Shown: positions 34,434 through 47,500 of the stretch, piece by piece | Layout: each line of letters begins with the position of its first letter | Position numbering within the stretch: position 1 is the stretch's first letter | DNA from: Clytia hemisphaerica | Lineage: Eukaryota | DNA: 64,000 bases | Direction: 5' to 3' | Assembly: GCF_902728285.1 (NCBI RefSeq) | Contig: NW_027103772.1 | Coordinates: 185,149 to 249,148, forward strand | Translations under genes and position numbers: made by a program | The notes under the pieces: model-generated | The model's database searches: none | Told to the model about the DNA's origin: nothing | What the model saw: only the letters and a program-made list of their open reading frames with translations

Positions 34434-34570
34434 CAGACTTTCTTTCAAGACAATCCACGAATCGAAGGTGCTTTCCGAAAGTACATCCATCGTGCATCAC
34501 CATCGCAAACAGAGGATAGCTATGACTTGCTTGTTTGTCATGGCAACGTCATCCGATATTTTGTTTGCAG
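34434..34570 (+). CDS. PGAM5: PGAM5 exon 3.
   Basis: [45 protein letters not shown](R) aligns with human ...[37 protein letters not shown]. gtaacg donor. Confidence 0.8.
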
Positions 34571-34916
34571 GTAACGTCGATTTATAAACCAGTTTTTCAA
34601 GTTTTGTTTTCACAGTAAAAAGGTAGAGTGCCCCTGAAAAACGTATTTATGGATTGGATGGGCCGGGTCAATTATTAGAGTTTTCATGTTGCTTAAAGTC
34701 TTTTCATTTTCCTGGAACACCAAGTTTGATGATGCCCTTTCTCAGAAAATATAATCATCTGTAAAAATTAATTCAATTTGCGCTGCAATCTGTTCTAAAC
34801 TTAAACTCTTTTATTTTATCATACTATTATGGTAGCTGTCTCGAGGAGCATTGTGTGCGTTCAAAAACACTTAACCGGCGTTTGCAACGACAGGAACCGT
34901 CTAGTTTGCTCTAAAC

Positions 34917-35207
34917 CAGGGGGGAGGGTCGGTAGTAAAATCTTTTTTATATTGACAAAAAATTTCGAGAATTCTTTGTTTGCAAGTCATCCAAAAAATT
35001 AAAAGAATTACAAAAAAAGCTAAAATTTGCTAATTTTACCAGTTTTAACTACCCAGGTAGTAAATTTTTTTCAACATTTAACACATAGATACCACCCATT
35101 TTAGGATTTAACTACCATGGGTAGTAAAGGTTTTTTTCGAATTTTCGTCACACCACCACCATAGTAAACGTCATTATGTCTGAGATTTTACTACCGACCC
35201 CCCCCTG
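34917..35207. mobile_element. hAT-like MITE (CAGGGG...CCCCTG family, TSD TCTAAAC) inside PGAM5 intron 3.
   Basis: tctaaac lies on both flanks. The termini match the 17889-18451 and 25650-26238 copies. Confidence 0.65.
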
Positions 35208-35284
35208 TCTAAACTGAAACTCATTCATTTTTGGAAAAAAATCGCGAGAATGATCTTTCAATTTCATACTTTTATACATTTCAG

Positions 35285-35435
35285 GGCACTGCAATTTCCG
35301 CCAGAGGGTTGGCTTCGAATGAGCACAGGAAACTGTGGTTTGACCTGGCTGACGATTCGACCCAACGGGAACGTTTCTTTACGGAGCTTCGGGGATACGG
35401 GACACTTGCCCCCAGAAATGGTCACATTTACTTAG
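35285..35435 (+). CDS. PGAM5: PGAM5 terminal exon, including the stop codon.
   Basis: (R)[49 protein letters not shown] aligns with human [50 protein letters not shown]. Confidence 0.85.
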
Positions 35436-36411
35436 ATATAATTGTATGGTAGATATTGGAGAACTAGAGAATTTTTAACTGAGAACAGAGGTGACGGACA
35501 GTGTTTGCATTCTCGATTCGTATTGCACTACGCTAATTTGCAATGCGACACGCCTTTTCCACCGTAGCCACCAATTGCCGCGCGGGCATTTTTTCGTTCG
35601 TTTTATCCCACTAAAACCGTCCCAGTCCTTTTTTCGCACTAGACAATAGAAAATACGTCAAAAATGGATTGGGACGAGCGACTACGGTCGAAAAGGTGTA
35701 TTGGCATTGGAATGTTTCGAATGGACGGAGAATCTAATTGAAACCCGAATATGATTTGACGTTTGAATTGAGATGTGATGGGATTGACAGTGCGAATCAA
35801 GAGAAGAGAGATGCTGTACCTGTTAAACAGCTTTGAACAAATCGGCATTTTATGAAATTAATTTTTTAAATCTCGGCCAGAATTTCAGAACGTCTCTGGA
35901 AAAGTCGTAAAAGAAATAGACTATTGAGCTACAGAAAAATGGAAAAAAATATGGGCAGATTGGATGGTGATGGTTCTTAAAACCTGAATGAATGAACTTA
36001 ATGTGGCGAGAACTTGGATATGCTGAGTGTTGATGAAATTCTTGATATGCGTAAGTCAATATGACGTCATATTTTTTTAACGGAAGCACTCGAAAAAAGC
36101 CGGATTTTGACTTCCGTGTTCCTATTTTTAGTAACAGAGAGGGGTCTAATCCCGGATTTTTTCGGGTGTTTCCGCTAGAAAAATGACTTACGCATATCAA
36201 GAATAATTAGATTTTAAATTTTTTTAAAGATTTACTTTCAATGTAAATATCATTTGGTGGACATTCTTATAAAAAAATCTAAAGAAAATTTGGGTGGACA
36301 TTGGTTTATCATTATTGTTATTATTATTTTTTAGATATGATTTTCTTATAGTAAAATTGAAAACGAATTGTCAAGTTTAATTTTGCTTTTTTTAGTGGAG
36401 TACTCTCGGGT

Positions 36412-36637
36412 ACCTAATAGCCGCCCCCCCCCTAATTAATTTTTGGGAGAATTTTTTTGGAAAGTTCCCTCTTTTGTCCTAATTCAGCTGTATTAGCCTC
36501 CTTTTCAAAAATTTTCCACCCAGGACATTTTTATTCCAAACCCCCCCCCCCCCCGCTTATTAAGTTTTGAGATTTTTTCCAATCTCCCCCCCCCCCCCGG
36601 CTTATTCCAATCCCCCCGGCTATTAGGTACCCGAGAG
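36412..36637. mobile_element. Stowaway-like MITE with TA TSD, second copy of the 688-967 element.
   Basis: TA at 36410-36411 and 36638-36639. TIR ctctcgggtacctaatagccg. Confidence 0.75.
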
Positions 36638-37085
36638 TAGGTACTTTGATTCGCTCATCTTAAGGCCGCAATCTGGATGATTGGTTTACTGAGATGACCC
36701 TTGTCGAAGTAAATTATTTTGATGAAAGACTAGAAGGAACCAAATTAGAGTCATAATAACTACTTTTTTTCCCATAGTCTAATGTTATCTTGAATAACCA
36801 TCTTGCATGCAGAATTAGATGAGTTTGATAGATTGTAAATCTTGTGATCCAAGCCACGATAAACTTCTAATATGAATATCACTCACTGGGTCGATAAACT
36901 CAATCTTATTTAGAGCGATATATTGTGTTTATAATTTTGGATTTAATTTTTCATTAATAACCAATTTGAAAGTGTAAATAGAAGCTATTTTTTCCTAATA
37001 GGTATTAAAATCATACACTCTGAATCTGAATTATCTTTTAGTCGTAATTTGTCCTTTTTGCTATCTTGTCTTTTTTAGATCTGTA

Positions 37086-38400
37086 AAGCATTGATAATGG
37101 AGTCTTTTAGTCCCGCTACTGAGGTCGATAAATGTTTCATTTCGTGACACACATCTTAGAACTAACTTTTTTTGGTGGAAACTCGCGAATTAGTATATGT
37201 AGATTCCAAAATCAAAAAGTTTCCACGATATTATCGTGCAAGTAACGAGTTGAGAAAGTCAACAAACAGGAAATCTTTGAAGTTATTTTGATTTTTACTT
37301 TTCTTGAGTTTATATGGATACAACAAGACTTTTAATTGCGATGTTATAAAATGTCACTCTCACGGATCCCACTTTCACTGTTTGATTTACTTTGTAGTTC
37401 TATGATGTAAGTATCTACTTGGAGAGTTTTGAAAGTTTTCGTGCTTTTGGAAAACATGCAAAGGGACTTCAACGGGATAAATCCGTTGCACGGTCGTCTC
37501 GAAGTGGGATACGGGCCCGGGGGGGTACTTAGGCAAAATGGGTGCCGGGTATGTGCGAGCCATAAGGGTACCTTTTCTCATTCCTCAAAAGTCTCTCAAA
37601 GGGGTACAAATTCAAAAGTTAGTCTCTGAAAGAGTCCCAAAATCACAAAAATCAAAAATTTCTCTCTCAAAGGGTCACGATTTCCAAGAATTTTGACCAA
37701 AATTTGGTGAAAATCAAACCAAAATTTGGAAAAAATGGACCAAAATTTTTTCTCTCAAAGGGTCGATTTTCGATTTTCGCCTCGGACATACCCGTCACCT
37801 CGCAAACCTAGTACCCCCCCCCCCCCGGGATACGGGATATACAGGTATCAGTAAAAACCGTATTGTTGGGACTCGGCAAGCCTCGCCACCAATACAGTTT
37901 TTACTGACCCTGTATATCCCGTATCCCACCTCGAGAAGACCGTGTAACTAATAGTATTACACCAAAGTCCCAACTTCTCTAGATCAAAATTTATTGGCCT
38001 ATTTGTGGTAAAAAACTGATGGAAAACAGGGAATTTTCCCACAATCTGCATTAATTTATGCAAAATTAAACACCTTTTTGACCACAAATAGGCCCATAAC
38101 TTTTAATCTAGAGAAGTTGGGACTTTGGTGTAACACACTTTTTTGCTCAGTTTGAAGAGCCCTATCAGGTGATATAGGTTTTTTTTTAATTTGAAGACCC
38201 CCCAAAAATCATTACTCGTTACTTGCATTGCACGATAATATCGTGGAAACTTTTTGATTTTGGAGTCTACAGATACTAATTCGTGAGTTTCTATCAAAAA
38301 AAGTTAGTTCTAAGATGTGTGTCACGAAAATTGTTTTCTAGCCACTTTTTTCGATCTCAGCAGCGGGACTATTTTTAAAACATGAAAATTGTGAACAGTA
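37086..38400. mobile_element. Composite of nested MITEs. An outer element with roughly 80-bp TIRs (37086-37260 / 38215-38400) contains a hAT-like MITE at 37528-37826 and two further palindromic units at 37830-37925 and 37930-38135.
   Basis: ...tcatttcgtgacacacatcttagaactaac at 37130-37170 is the reverse complement of gttagttctaagatgtgtgtcacgaaa at 38290-38330. The inner copy has CCCGGGGGGGTAC...GTACCCCCCCCCCCCGGG termini. Confidence 0.5.
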
Positions 38401-39641
38401 AGGGGCCGTGCACATAGTACGTACGCACTAAGGGGGGAGGGGGGTCTTCTCAAAAGCGTATGCTTGCGTACAGGGGGGAGGGGTCAAAGAAAAATGTACG
38501 TACGCAGAGAAAAAATTTTCATAGCCCTTTTTTGCTTGTTTTTTTTGTCCAGTCGAGAAAAGTTGAAATGCGCCTAATTTTTTTTAAAGTGCATAGTACT
38601 TTTTCATGATGCAATCTTTTCTCCAAGCTGAAAGGATTGAATCCATTAAGATGATCGCAGCGCAGACAATGAAGAGACGTGCCTTCAGGAAGCTAGACTT
38701 TTTGAGTTTATAGCTATATACTTTCACTTTATGGTGTTTCTGTATGACTGTCTGTGTGCCTAGTCTAACCACCGTTAAATGCCTTCGGGAAGGTCCCTCC
38801 TAACTTGGAAAGCCAGAATTGGAGCTATTTCACCAAACTACTGGAGCGCAAGTTATTACGTAGACTATCACAACTGAAACAGTTGAATGTGCGCCTATAC
38901 AAACTTTTTTCAGGTTTTCCAAATAGATTTACCACACTGAACAAACAGTGAAAACATTCTAAGTGAGGTAAATCTATTTTGAAGACCAAAAAAAAAGTTT
39001 GTTTACATTGATTCACATTCAATTTTGGATTCATATGCATACATTCTACTTTTTTGTACTTTGCCGGTATCTTATTTTACCAAGTTGAGAAAGACATTCC
39101 CGAGTTACGACCATATAATGGTCTTTATGGTCTTTAAAGCTCAAGAAGCTCTATAAACAATAAAGGTAGTTATTAATAAAATAACAGACAAAGATAAATT
39201 ACAGTTTGAACAAAAGTATCAACAAATGTACATTTGAAAACTTGAGCAAATTTCTTTAAAGATTTCAGAAAAAGAATTGAAATCATTGCTGAAATGAACT
39301 TCTGACTAAATTACAGTATTCAGAGTATTACAGTTTCAAAGACAAGAAACAAAATTTTAGACATACAAAATACTTTTTCCAGTCAAAGACGAAAGAATCA
39401 GCTCATCATCATAACCAGTCTGCCATTTTGTTTGTTTTGATTTGCAAAAGTAATATTGTAATTCGTGTTATGGTGTAATTATATACTTTTTCTATAATTT
39501 GCATTAATAACACTCGCTTCAGCTTTTCAATGCTAAATCAAAACTAATGAAATGTAATATATAATAATATAACGTAATATGAAAATGTGTATAGCATTTA
39601 CCGCTGTATAATTTACCGCCATATTTTTGCGGAATACTTAA

Positions 39642-40353
39642 GGGCTCTGACCATAGTCAGAAAATTGATTTTAGTATCTGAACATAGAAGTTATGTTTTA
39701 GATTCTTTAACATTTTTAACAAAGAATTGCCTTTATAAATTGCTCCTTAATCAAACCCCTTAAGAGTAATTAAAAACTTATTTGCAAAAATGACGTTATG
39801 AACTTTAAAAAGACGTTGAGAATATGTTGCATCACCTTCTTTTATAAAAAGTGCTAAGTTTTAATGGGTAATTAACCTTTTTGTTTCGAACTTTTTTCAA
39901 ACTGTCCGCAAAGAATTGAACTATTTTAAATTTTGCGGAAAATTTTTCTAAAAAGATGTGTCAAAAGTTATGACTGTTTTTTTTAAGCAAAATCCAGATT
40001 AAAAATTGATGAAAAACCACTATTTTGAAGATTTTGAGACAAAGAAGCATTTACAAAAATTTTCCGCAAACATTTTTATTGTTCGGTAAAAGATACACCA
40101 TCTACTGCGAAAAAATTTTCAAAATGTTTTTTCTTCGCCGAAACTAAGCTCTTCAAAGTTGAAATACTCTTCCTCGCAAAAGTCTTCATTTTCTTCTTCA
40201 TCAAATTTTTTCAATGCAATGTTTAAATTTTCAGATTCAGGAATAGTTGGCCTAACAGAAAATGTATAACATGCCATAGTTTTGTTGGTTACATCAGTCA
40301 GAAAACACATTTTTAACACGGCAATTATGAAAAATTCACTATGGTCAGAGCCC
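39642..40353. mobile_element. TTAA-flanked TIR element of 712 bp (piggyBac-like target preference). TIR is GGGCTCTGACCATAGT. It carries a 66-aa acidic ORF on the minus strand (40119-40319).
   Basis: TTAA at 39638-39641 and 40354-40357. gggctctgaccatagt is reverse-complemented as actatggtcagagccc. Confidence 0.65.
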
Positions 40354-41475
40354 TTAATTGGCCGGAAATCAAATTACAAACAAACACAAAAACGCAAAGA
40401 TTCGAGATTCCAGTCCAATATCTATGCGTGAAGCAATGAGTGCCTCCTCGTCGCTGCGCTCCTGCGGGGGCAATTAATATTAAATGAGCCTTTGAGCGCG
40501 ATAATAGGCTAAAGCCCTAATTTTTGCATGCATATAAGGTCGTGTTCAAAATAAGTGTTATTCCCCCCAGGAACCGCAAACCAGTTTTGTGTATTCTTAC
40601 AAGAAACTTACATCAATTAAGATCAGGGACGAAAATATAATTAAGCAATGCGGTTGTTGTCAATAGTAAATAGGAAGATAATTAGTAATTAGTAATGGCT
40701 AACGAAACGAAAGCTCTAATTGCTTCTTTTCTTGTAAATGATGACAAATTTGTTTAACCGTATCAATAATGTTGTTTTTTCTCTCAAGGTAGCATGAGTG
40801 TGATAAGTACATATACTGACTGAAAATGGATGGACCAGAACTTAATTTTGACATGATATTGTTTGGTTTTTCTTAATTCTGGAACATAGGCGTAGCGAGA
40901 TACCCTGCAAAATTTATGGACGAGAGCGGGTTTTACGACACTGTAATTATTGTCTTTGTTTATCAAAAGATAATGAATATGTCATAAACGTCTGCACTCC
41001 TTCATAAATCTCGCTTCGCCTACTGTATGTGGAATCTACTGATTTTTATTTCATGGTTATTGCCACCGCAGGAAGCCTAAAGCTTCCGAGGATGGCATTC
41101 ATAGCTTCACGCATAAGGAAGTTGGGCAATCATCTCATAATTTTGCGCGCGTTTTTCAGTATTTTAGTTCCGGTTAAATGGTGTACCGGTAACATTCTTA
41201 GCTTGACTGTATTTCTATTGTTTTATCATCATTAAAAACACTTTTCCGGATTTGTTTTGATCTGATTACCCATTTTCAAAGCTCTATATGTCTTTTTTTA
41301 TTACCTCAGGGAGTCGAATGAAGAGAAATTCCTTTTTTGTTGGGAAATTCCCTATTTAAACCACAAGCATTTATTAACCGCTCTGAGCAACGCAAATTAG
41401 AAACTGATATCCTTTCAAAAACTTGTCGTGTGACTATTACATTAAAAAGGCAGTTTAGTACAGCAGCGTTTAGTA

Positions 41476-41775
41476 CACAGATATCTAAGCCCGAAGGGCT
41501 AGATTTGCAACTTTAAGCTTTCTCCAGCAAAAAAAAGCGAAGCCAAAATTTGACTTTTTAAATTTCGTGCCGATGGATAGGACCTAGCATTTTAATTGTT
41601 TTCGGAGCGCGAGATCAAAAAAAGTAGGCGGTAAACGCTATTTCACATCTCTCAAACCGGTGAAATTTCATATTTTAGTCACGTGACTCTGGTAGGAAAT
41701 CCTTCCAAACCTAGGCTTCACTTTTCGATAAAAGCCGCAAATCTAGCCCTTCGGGCTTTACAGATATCTGTGGTT
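41476..41775. mobile_element. MITE, second copy of the 4176-4491 family.
   Basis: About 90% identical to 4190-4480 along its full length, with the same TIR ...CAGATATCTAAGCCCGAAGGGCTAG. Confidence 0.7.
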
Positions 41776-42497
41776 TAGTATGATATTAACAAGCCATTTT
41801 ATACCATTGTTTTGGTAATAAAAAAGATGAAAAAAAAACAGATAAATAACTTTATCTTATCTCTATAAGAAGATATCTATGAGATGGACACAACTTGCTA
41901 ATATTTGTAGACTAAATTTTGCTTCAGATGAGATGCCAGTAACATTTCTTTCCAAATTCAACAACTTATTTGATCGTTCTTCTGCGGTGGCACTTGAATG
42001 AAAATTATGGCTAGTTGTAGTATTACATATTGGAAATTTATCGTGGCTTCAATCACGAGTTTTACGCTTGGCTACGTTTCGAGAGATTCTTATCTCCATC
42101 GAAATGAGTAACACCGGGTCGATAAACTCAAACCTTATCCAAATGTACCTATAAGCACCTGTACTTATCTAAATGTTTAGGTAGTACACGTTGTATATTT
42201 ATAAGAACATCCAAAATTTTTGAAGCCTTCGAATGTTCTTAAATTTTTGAGTTTTAAGCCTAAAAATGTTCTTTGCATGTTCTTATTTTCACCGCTTTTT
42301 TTAGCATTTTTGTCCATTTTCATAAGAAATTGGGTGTTTTAGAGTTTACAAAGCCTTAAAGTGTTCTTAACTTGTTCTTAACATTTTGGCCATCGAAGCC
42401 TTATGTTCTTATATAGTTTGCTCTTATAAAAACGTGCAGAGAATACATTTTGAATTTTTGCCATAGGTATTCCTTTGTTGGTAGGGTGTTGCAAATC

Positions 42498-42829
42498 TAA
42501 ATTTTAGAACACACCCTCCTCACAGACCCTGTAGAAGTTTTTCAGCCAGTGGGGATAAAAATTACGGTCTGATGAAACTCGATGGGAATTGCAGATATTC
42601 CCATATTTTTTATGGCTGAGGATTCCAATTCTTTTGTTTTCAAGTTAGACAATTCACTGGGGATGGAAAAATTAGTATGATATTTTTACAATGAGGATTG
42701 GTTTATTTTATTATTTTCAGTGGGCACAAAAATAAGAGTATAAATTTCCACAGGGACGATATCTTGGCCTAATTTTCCAGCGGGAAGGGGTCCCAGTGGG
42801 TCTGCGAGAAGGGGGTGTTTTAGATTAAG
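42498..42829. mobile_element. MITE family with TIR AACACCCCCTTCTC(A/G)CAGACCC(A/G)(C/G)TGG, copy a. It is roughly 300 bp with internal (c)cagtgggga motifs.
   Basis: Copies at 42498-42829, 43221-43533, 45645-45916, 53767-53945 (internally deleted), 54304-54560, 58366-58645 and 62560-62865. All have matching inverted termini. Confidence 0.6.
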
Positions 42830-44429
42830 AATGAAGATCAAAATGGCTGAAACCAAAACTTTTTACAAGACTTGTATAACTGTAGAAGGAATCTATCGGG
42901 AATTTATTCCTTATAGTATTTGGATATTTAAAAAGAGCAATCGATTGAGAGAATTCATCCAAACAAGAGAAAAAGGGGGCAAATTTCTCTTATCGTGTAG
43001 TAGAAATATGAAGGAGCCTTTTTATTCATTATCTCGCTAAACTTTTGGTCCATTTTTTATTTCAATTGCTTTTTTCATATTTTACGATTTTGATATTTTG
43101 ATAGTAAGAATGATATCGAATCATTAAGGAAATTCTTTTTTTTGTCGAGATTAGTAAATTCGTTTTCATTTGAAATGAAGATTGTTGTGGGTGGAACGTA
43201 AACAGATCTTTCGTCACTTGAAACACCCCCTTCTCGTAGTCCCGGTGGAATTTTTTCAGCCAGTGGGGATAGAAATAACAAACTGAAACTCGATGGGAAT
43301 TGATATTCCCATATTCTTTATGGCAGGGCAGGGGATTTGAATTCTTTTGTGTTCAAGTCAGAAAATTCAGTGGGTATGGAAGAAATTACACAATATTTTG
43401 CAGTGAGGATCGTTTTTTTATTATTTTCAGCGAGGACAAAAATTGGAGGACAGTTTTCCACCAGGCACGATATTTTGGACAATTTTCTCCAGTAGGAAGG
43501 GGTCCCATTGGGTCTGTGAGAAGGGGGTGTCTTGAAGCCTTTGACGTTGGATATGAGGTTTGGGTGAAGTGCAAAGTAGTTTCTAGGTACTGCGTGGGTC
43601 CAAAATTTTAAAATTGGCCGAGAGAGACTAAAATTACCGAATAACATAGGACCCTTTAAGGAATCTCTGGATCTGGAAATTTTTGTAGAGATACTAATCT
43701 GACTCGATTAACCAGTTACCTGTTTAGCGTAAGTCTCTCTGCGTCCTCTACTGGGCAAATTACAGTATTAACTGCATCCAAATGACTGAGCGTGCCAGAA
43801 ATAAGTTACTCTCGTTTTTCGCTGTTTTTGAAGTTTCTTAAAATTTGGTTTTGTAGCTTTTTGGACATAACTTTTGAACCAATGAAGTAAAATCAAAAAG
43901 AAATACATCAAATTTTAAGTCAGGTTTTCCTCTGAACTAATTTGAAAAATCTTTGCTTACAATATCAAATCAAAGAGTGTAACTTATTTCTGGCACACCC
44001 GGTAGTTTTGAGATTTTGTTACCTAGAGACTTCTAAATACTGTACCAATCTAGTTTCATAATTTTAGTACTTCCTTTTTATAACTTGCGTGTTTTGCTTA
44101 GATTTTTTTATCATCTTCGATTTTTCATTGCAATCATTTATGTTTGCGTAATAAATTTGACAAGTTCTTTATATTATGTGCGAAAATATAAATATATGAA
44201 AAATGAAAAATGAAAAAAGAAATATTACTTAACTTATGATAGTAAGAGAATATGAAATTTGTGAGTGAAATGAAAAACTTTGCCGATGAAGAAATAATTC
44301 CGACTATTGGGTCGTAAAGTTAAATGTTACAACTCTGAAAGTCGTTTAATGATGGTTCAATTGGCTTTGATTCACTAAGAATTCTAAAAGATTTCTGACT
44401 GGTTCGTTTTATATCCAATCAAGCCCAAT

Positions 44430-44520
44430 TTTATCTTAGCAAGGTTGGAAATGACTGGGCTTGGCAAGTTAAAGAAATCGTGAGTTTGAATCTCAGCTTT
44501 TAGTGCCATGTTTTTTTTGG
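44430..44520 (+). ncRNA. Possible pol III SINE-like unit: a B-box-like GAGTTTGAATCTC followed by a T8 terminator.
   Basis: ...gtgagtttgaatctcagcttttagtgccatgtttttttt. Confidence 0.15.
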
Positions 44521-47500
44521 ATTTGTTGTCACTTTTGTGTACTGTGTAGAAAATTTTGATCGAGCAATATTTTCTTGGCTCAGTCCGAAAAAATAAAAAA
44601 TTGCTTTTTATCATTGATCCGACTGAAAAATCTTCAAATAGAGGTTTGAAACACCAACACCCCTTTTTATTTTGGAAAACTCAAATATAAGCATTTTTGA
44701 AAGAAACCATTGCTAAGTCGAGTTGAATCTCTTTATTTGTCGCAACCAACATCTTTTAAAGGGACATAACAGTACTTGCGAAATTTGTAAACAAACTGTA
44801 CGCAGCGGATACAAAATCAAAACAAATGTCACATGTCAATATAAAAAATCAAACCGAATATGGCTAATTTTGATTGTTCAATTGTTTTACAAGTTTGTTT
44901 TGGACACGTGATTTTAATTGTTCTCTTTAATGACACGTGGTTCGTGCAATGTTTACATTTTACTACTTTTATGTCCCTTTAAAGCTCAAGTGGGACTCAG
45001 AAAACTTTAAAGTTTTGCGTCTCTTTTAAATATAATGGTATCATCTCAGTATCAATTCAATGGGCGAAAATTCCAATGCAGATTAACCGAAATATCCTTC
45101 CATTGAGTAGAAGGAGACAAAAAAATCTAGTGCATGTGATAGGGGTTTTTGAATAAACTTTGTATTTAAGATTCTGCCTTTAGGATTGAAAGGTATAGAA
45201 AATAATATTGTATCATGGTTTGAAAGCTTGTCTTATCCATTTACAATTAAACAGCCAATACATTATCAGGTATCCATTTCAAGTGTTTTATTCATTTATA
45301 TTCTATTCATAGTCCATGGTATTGGTCTTGCAGATTCTAAGCACCGCCTTTAGTGTTACTTAATACTTTTCTTACTTAGGCCTTAAAGACATTAGCTGCT
45401 GTTTATGTCAACATTGATAGCAATATGGTGTTCAAAACTGTTACTGGAGAATTTCAAACTTTACTGAAACAAAAGGAATCGCACTAGTTTTTCGCAAATT
45501 ACTTACTTTGCCACTTTGGTTTTCCATTTTGCAACCTGGGTCGATTTGGTTGAGAAGTTGATGGTACAGGGATGTATAGAAGAAGTTTGTCACCAATTTT
45601 AACCAATTAGGTACTCTGCACCTGGTGAACTTTTAGGTGATGTAACCCCTCGCAGGCCCGGTGGAACTCCCGCCTCACTGGAAAATCTGCCCAAAATATT
45701 GTCCTCGATGGGAAAAATACCACACTGAGAAATTGACTTTGATTTCATCACCAATCAATGTAAAAAATTACACTCTGAAACCCTTCCTGCCTATTGGATT
45801 TTTTGAGCTTGGAACAATAGAACTGCTATCCCCACTAGGATTTCATAAGAAAATTCTACACGATATAATTTCCGCGGTGGAAAAAGCTTCCATCTGGGAC
45901 TCTGAGACAGGGGTGAAATACATTTCTAATCATAAGACTATCACTTCACATTCTGGATATCTTTGGTTCACTGCTGGGAAGCATCCCGCAGGTTTTCAAA
46001 TCAATGAAATATTTTGTAGTAAAGTGTTGATTACATTAGTGGCTTAATGAACAAAAGAAGTGATTATCGACCTATTGAGCAAGTATACTAGGAATCATTA
46101 GTAAGCTTCTAAACTATTTTGAAAAATAAAAATTACACACAAGTTTTGGTTTGAAAAGAAATGAATATTGCTTCTGAACTTAACATACTGTAGTTCTGGC
46201 AACATTTTATTAAAAAGAAGAATTAACATTATTTTCGGTGTATATTGGACGATGCAGATCCTTTTCATCGTCTAAGTATATGGTGTTATTTTTGTGTACT
46301 TCTTTAAAAATCTAGTTGTATAAGTTGTTGTTTGTCGATGTTGTTAATTGATGTTGTGTTGCTTTCAAGGATAAACCAATGGGCGCGGTAAGCGTTCTTA
46401 CTATTTTATTTTTGCTGTAGAATGATCAAATTTGATGATTTATTTTGATGGATTTAGAAAAATGATATAATGATAAAACTTGTGTTTACTATACCAAGTG
46501 GTTGCATGTTTCCTCTGTTTAAAACCTACCGGACACAGTCCAGGCACATACAGAGACAGAGTTTGACGTTTATTTAATGCCTTCAGTGTTATATCTTCAA
46601 CTGATTGACCTTGTCGCGGTATATAAGTACTGCTTCATGAGGTTACTCAAGAAAAGTTACGACCAGAACATAATACGCAGTAATTTTCAAATTTAGCACA
46701 CGTTTTTTTATAAGAACAAACTATACAAGAATACAAGAACATAAGGCTTCGAAGGCCAATATGTTATTAAGAACAAGTTAAGAACATTTTAAGGCTTTTG
46801 GGACTCTAAAACACCCAATTTCTTAGAAAAACACACAAAAATACCCACAAAGTGACGAAAATAAGAACATGTTATTACGAAAATTTTTAGGCTTAAATCT
46901 GAAAAAGTTATAAACATCCGAAGGCTTCAAAAATTTTGGATGGTCTTATAAAAAAACGTGTACTGGTACCTAGAATCGATTATTGCTGATTTTTCAATAA
47001 ACCACTCAATTATATACGCATTCGCGACTTATAAGCGCAAGATTGTCATAAGATCTAATTTTTGTTCCGACATGTCAGCCAGAAGTTTGTCTATTATTTG
47101 ATCTGAAAGTAAACATCGGTGGCTTCTGATCTAAAGTCTATGCTTTTACAAAGGTTTAATATTATTTTCTAACGAGCATTTTTAATAGAAAATTGTTAAG
47201 ACGATGCAATAATCTGTCTGTCCTAAACGGTTTCTATCGCTCCCAAAAATGGCTGAATCTCAAATATGCTTAACAAAAGTTGCCATAAAGTCATTTAGCA
47301 AACCGCAAATATAGATTTATAAAAGCCCAAAGGGCTCGAAGGCATACTTTTGCTGAAAAGTGTGCCATGGTTAGGTAGCAAATCTTACCTAGGTCACGTG
47401 ACATTCTGACATTACAATAGAATTTCAGCGCTTGACCAATCAGACGCTTTGCGGGTTTTCGAAAACAATAGCAACAATACTTTTTCCGATATTCACTTTT

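Noticed and set aside
35231-35452. 73-aa and 61-aa ORFs overlapping PGAM5 exon 4 in other frames. Also the antisense ORF 32831-33082 over exon 1.
   Set aside because: These are alternative frames of a well-supported coding exon. The PGAM5 frame is the conserved one.
43300-43647. ORFs of 103 and 109 aa on opposite strands.
   Set aside because: They overlap a copy of the CACCCCCTTCTC-TIR MITE family. The same is true for 45661-46047, 53531-53899 and 62454-62679.
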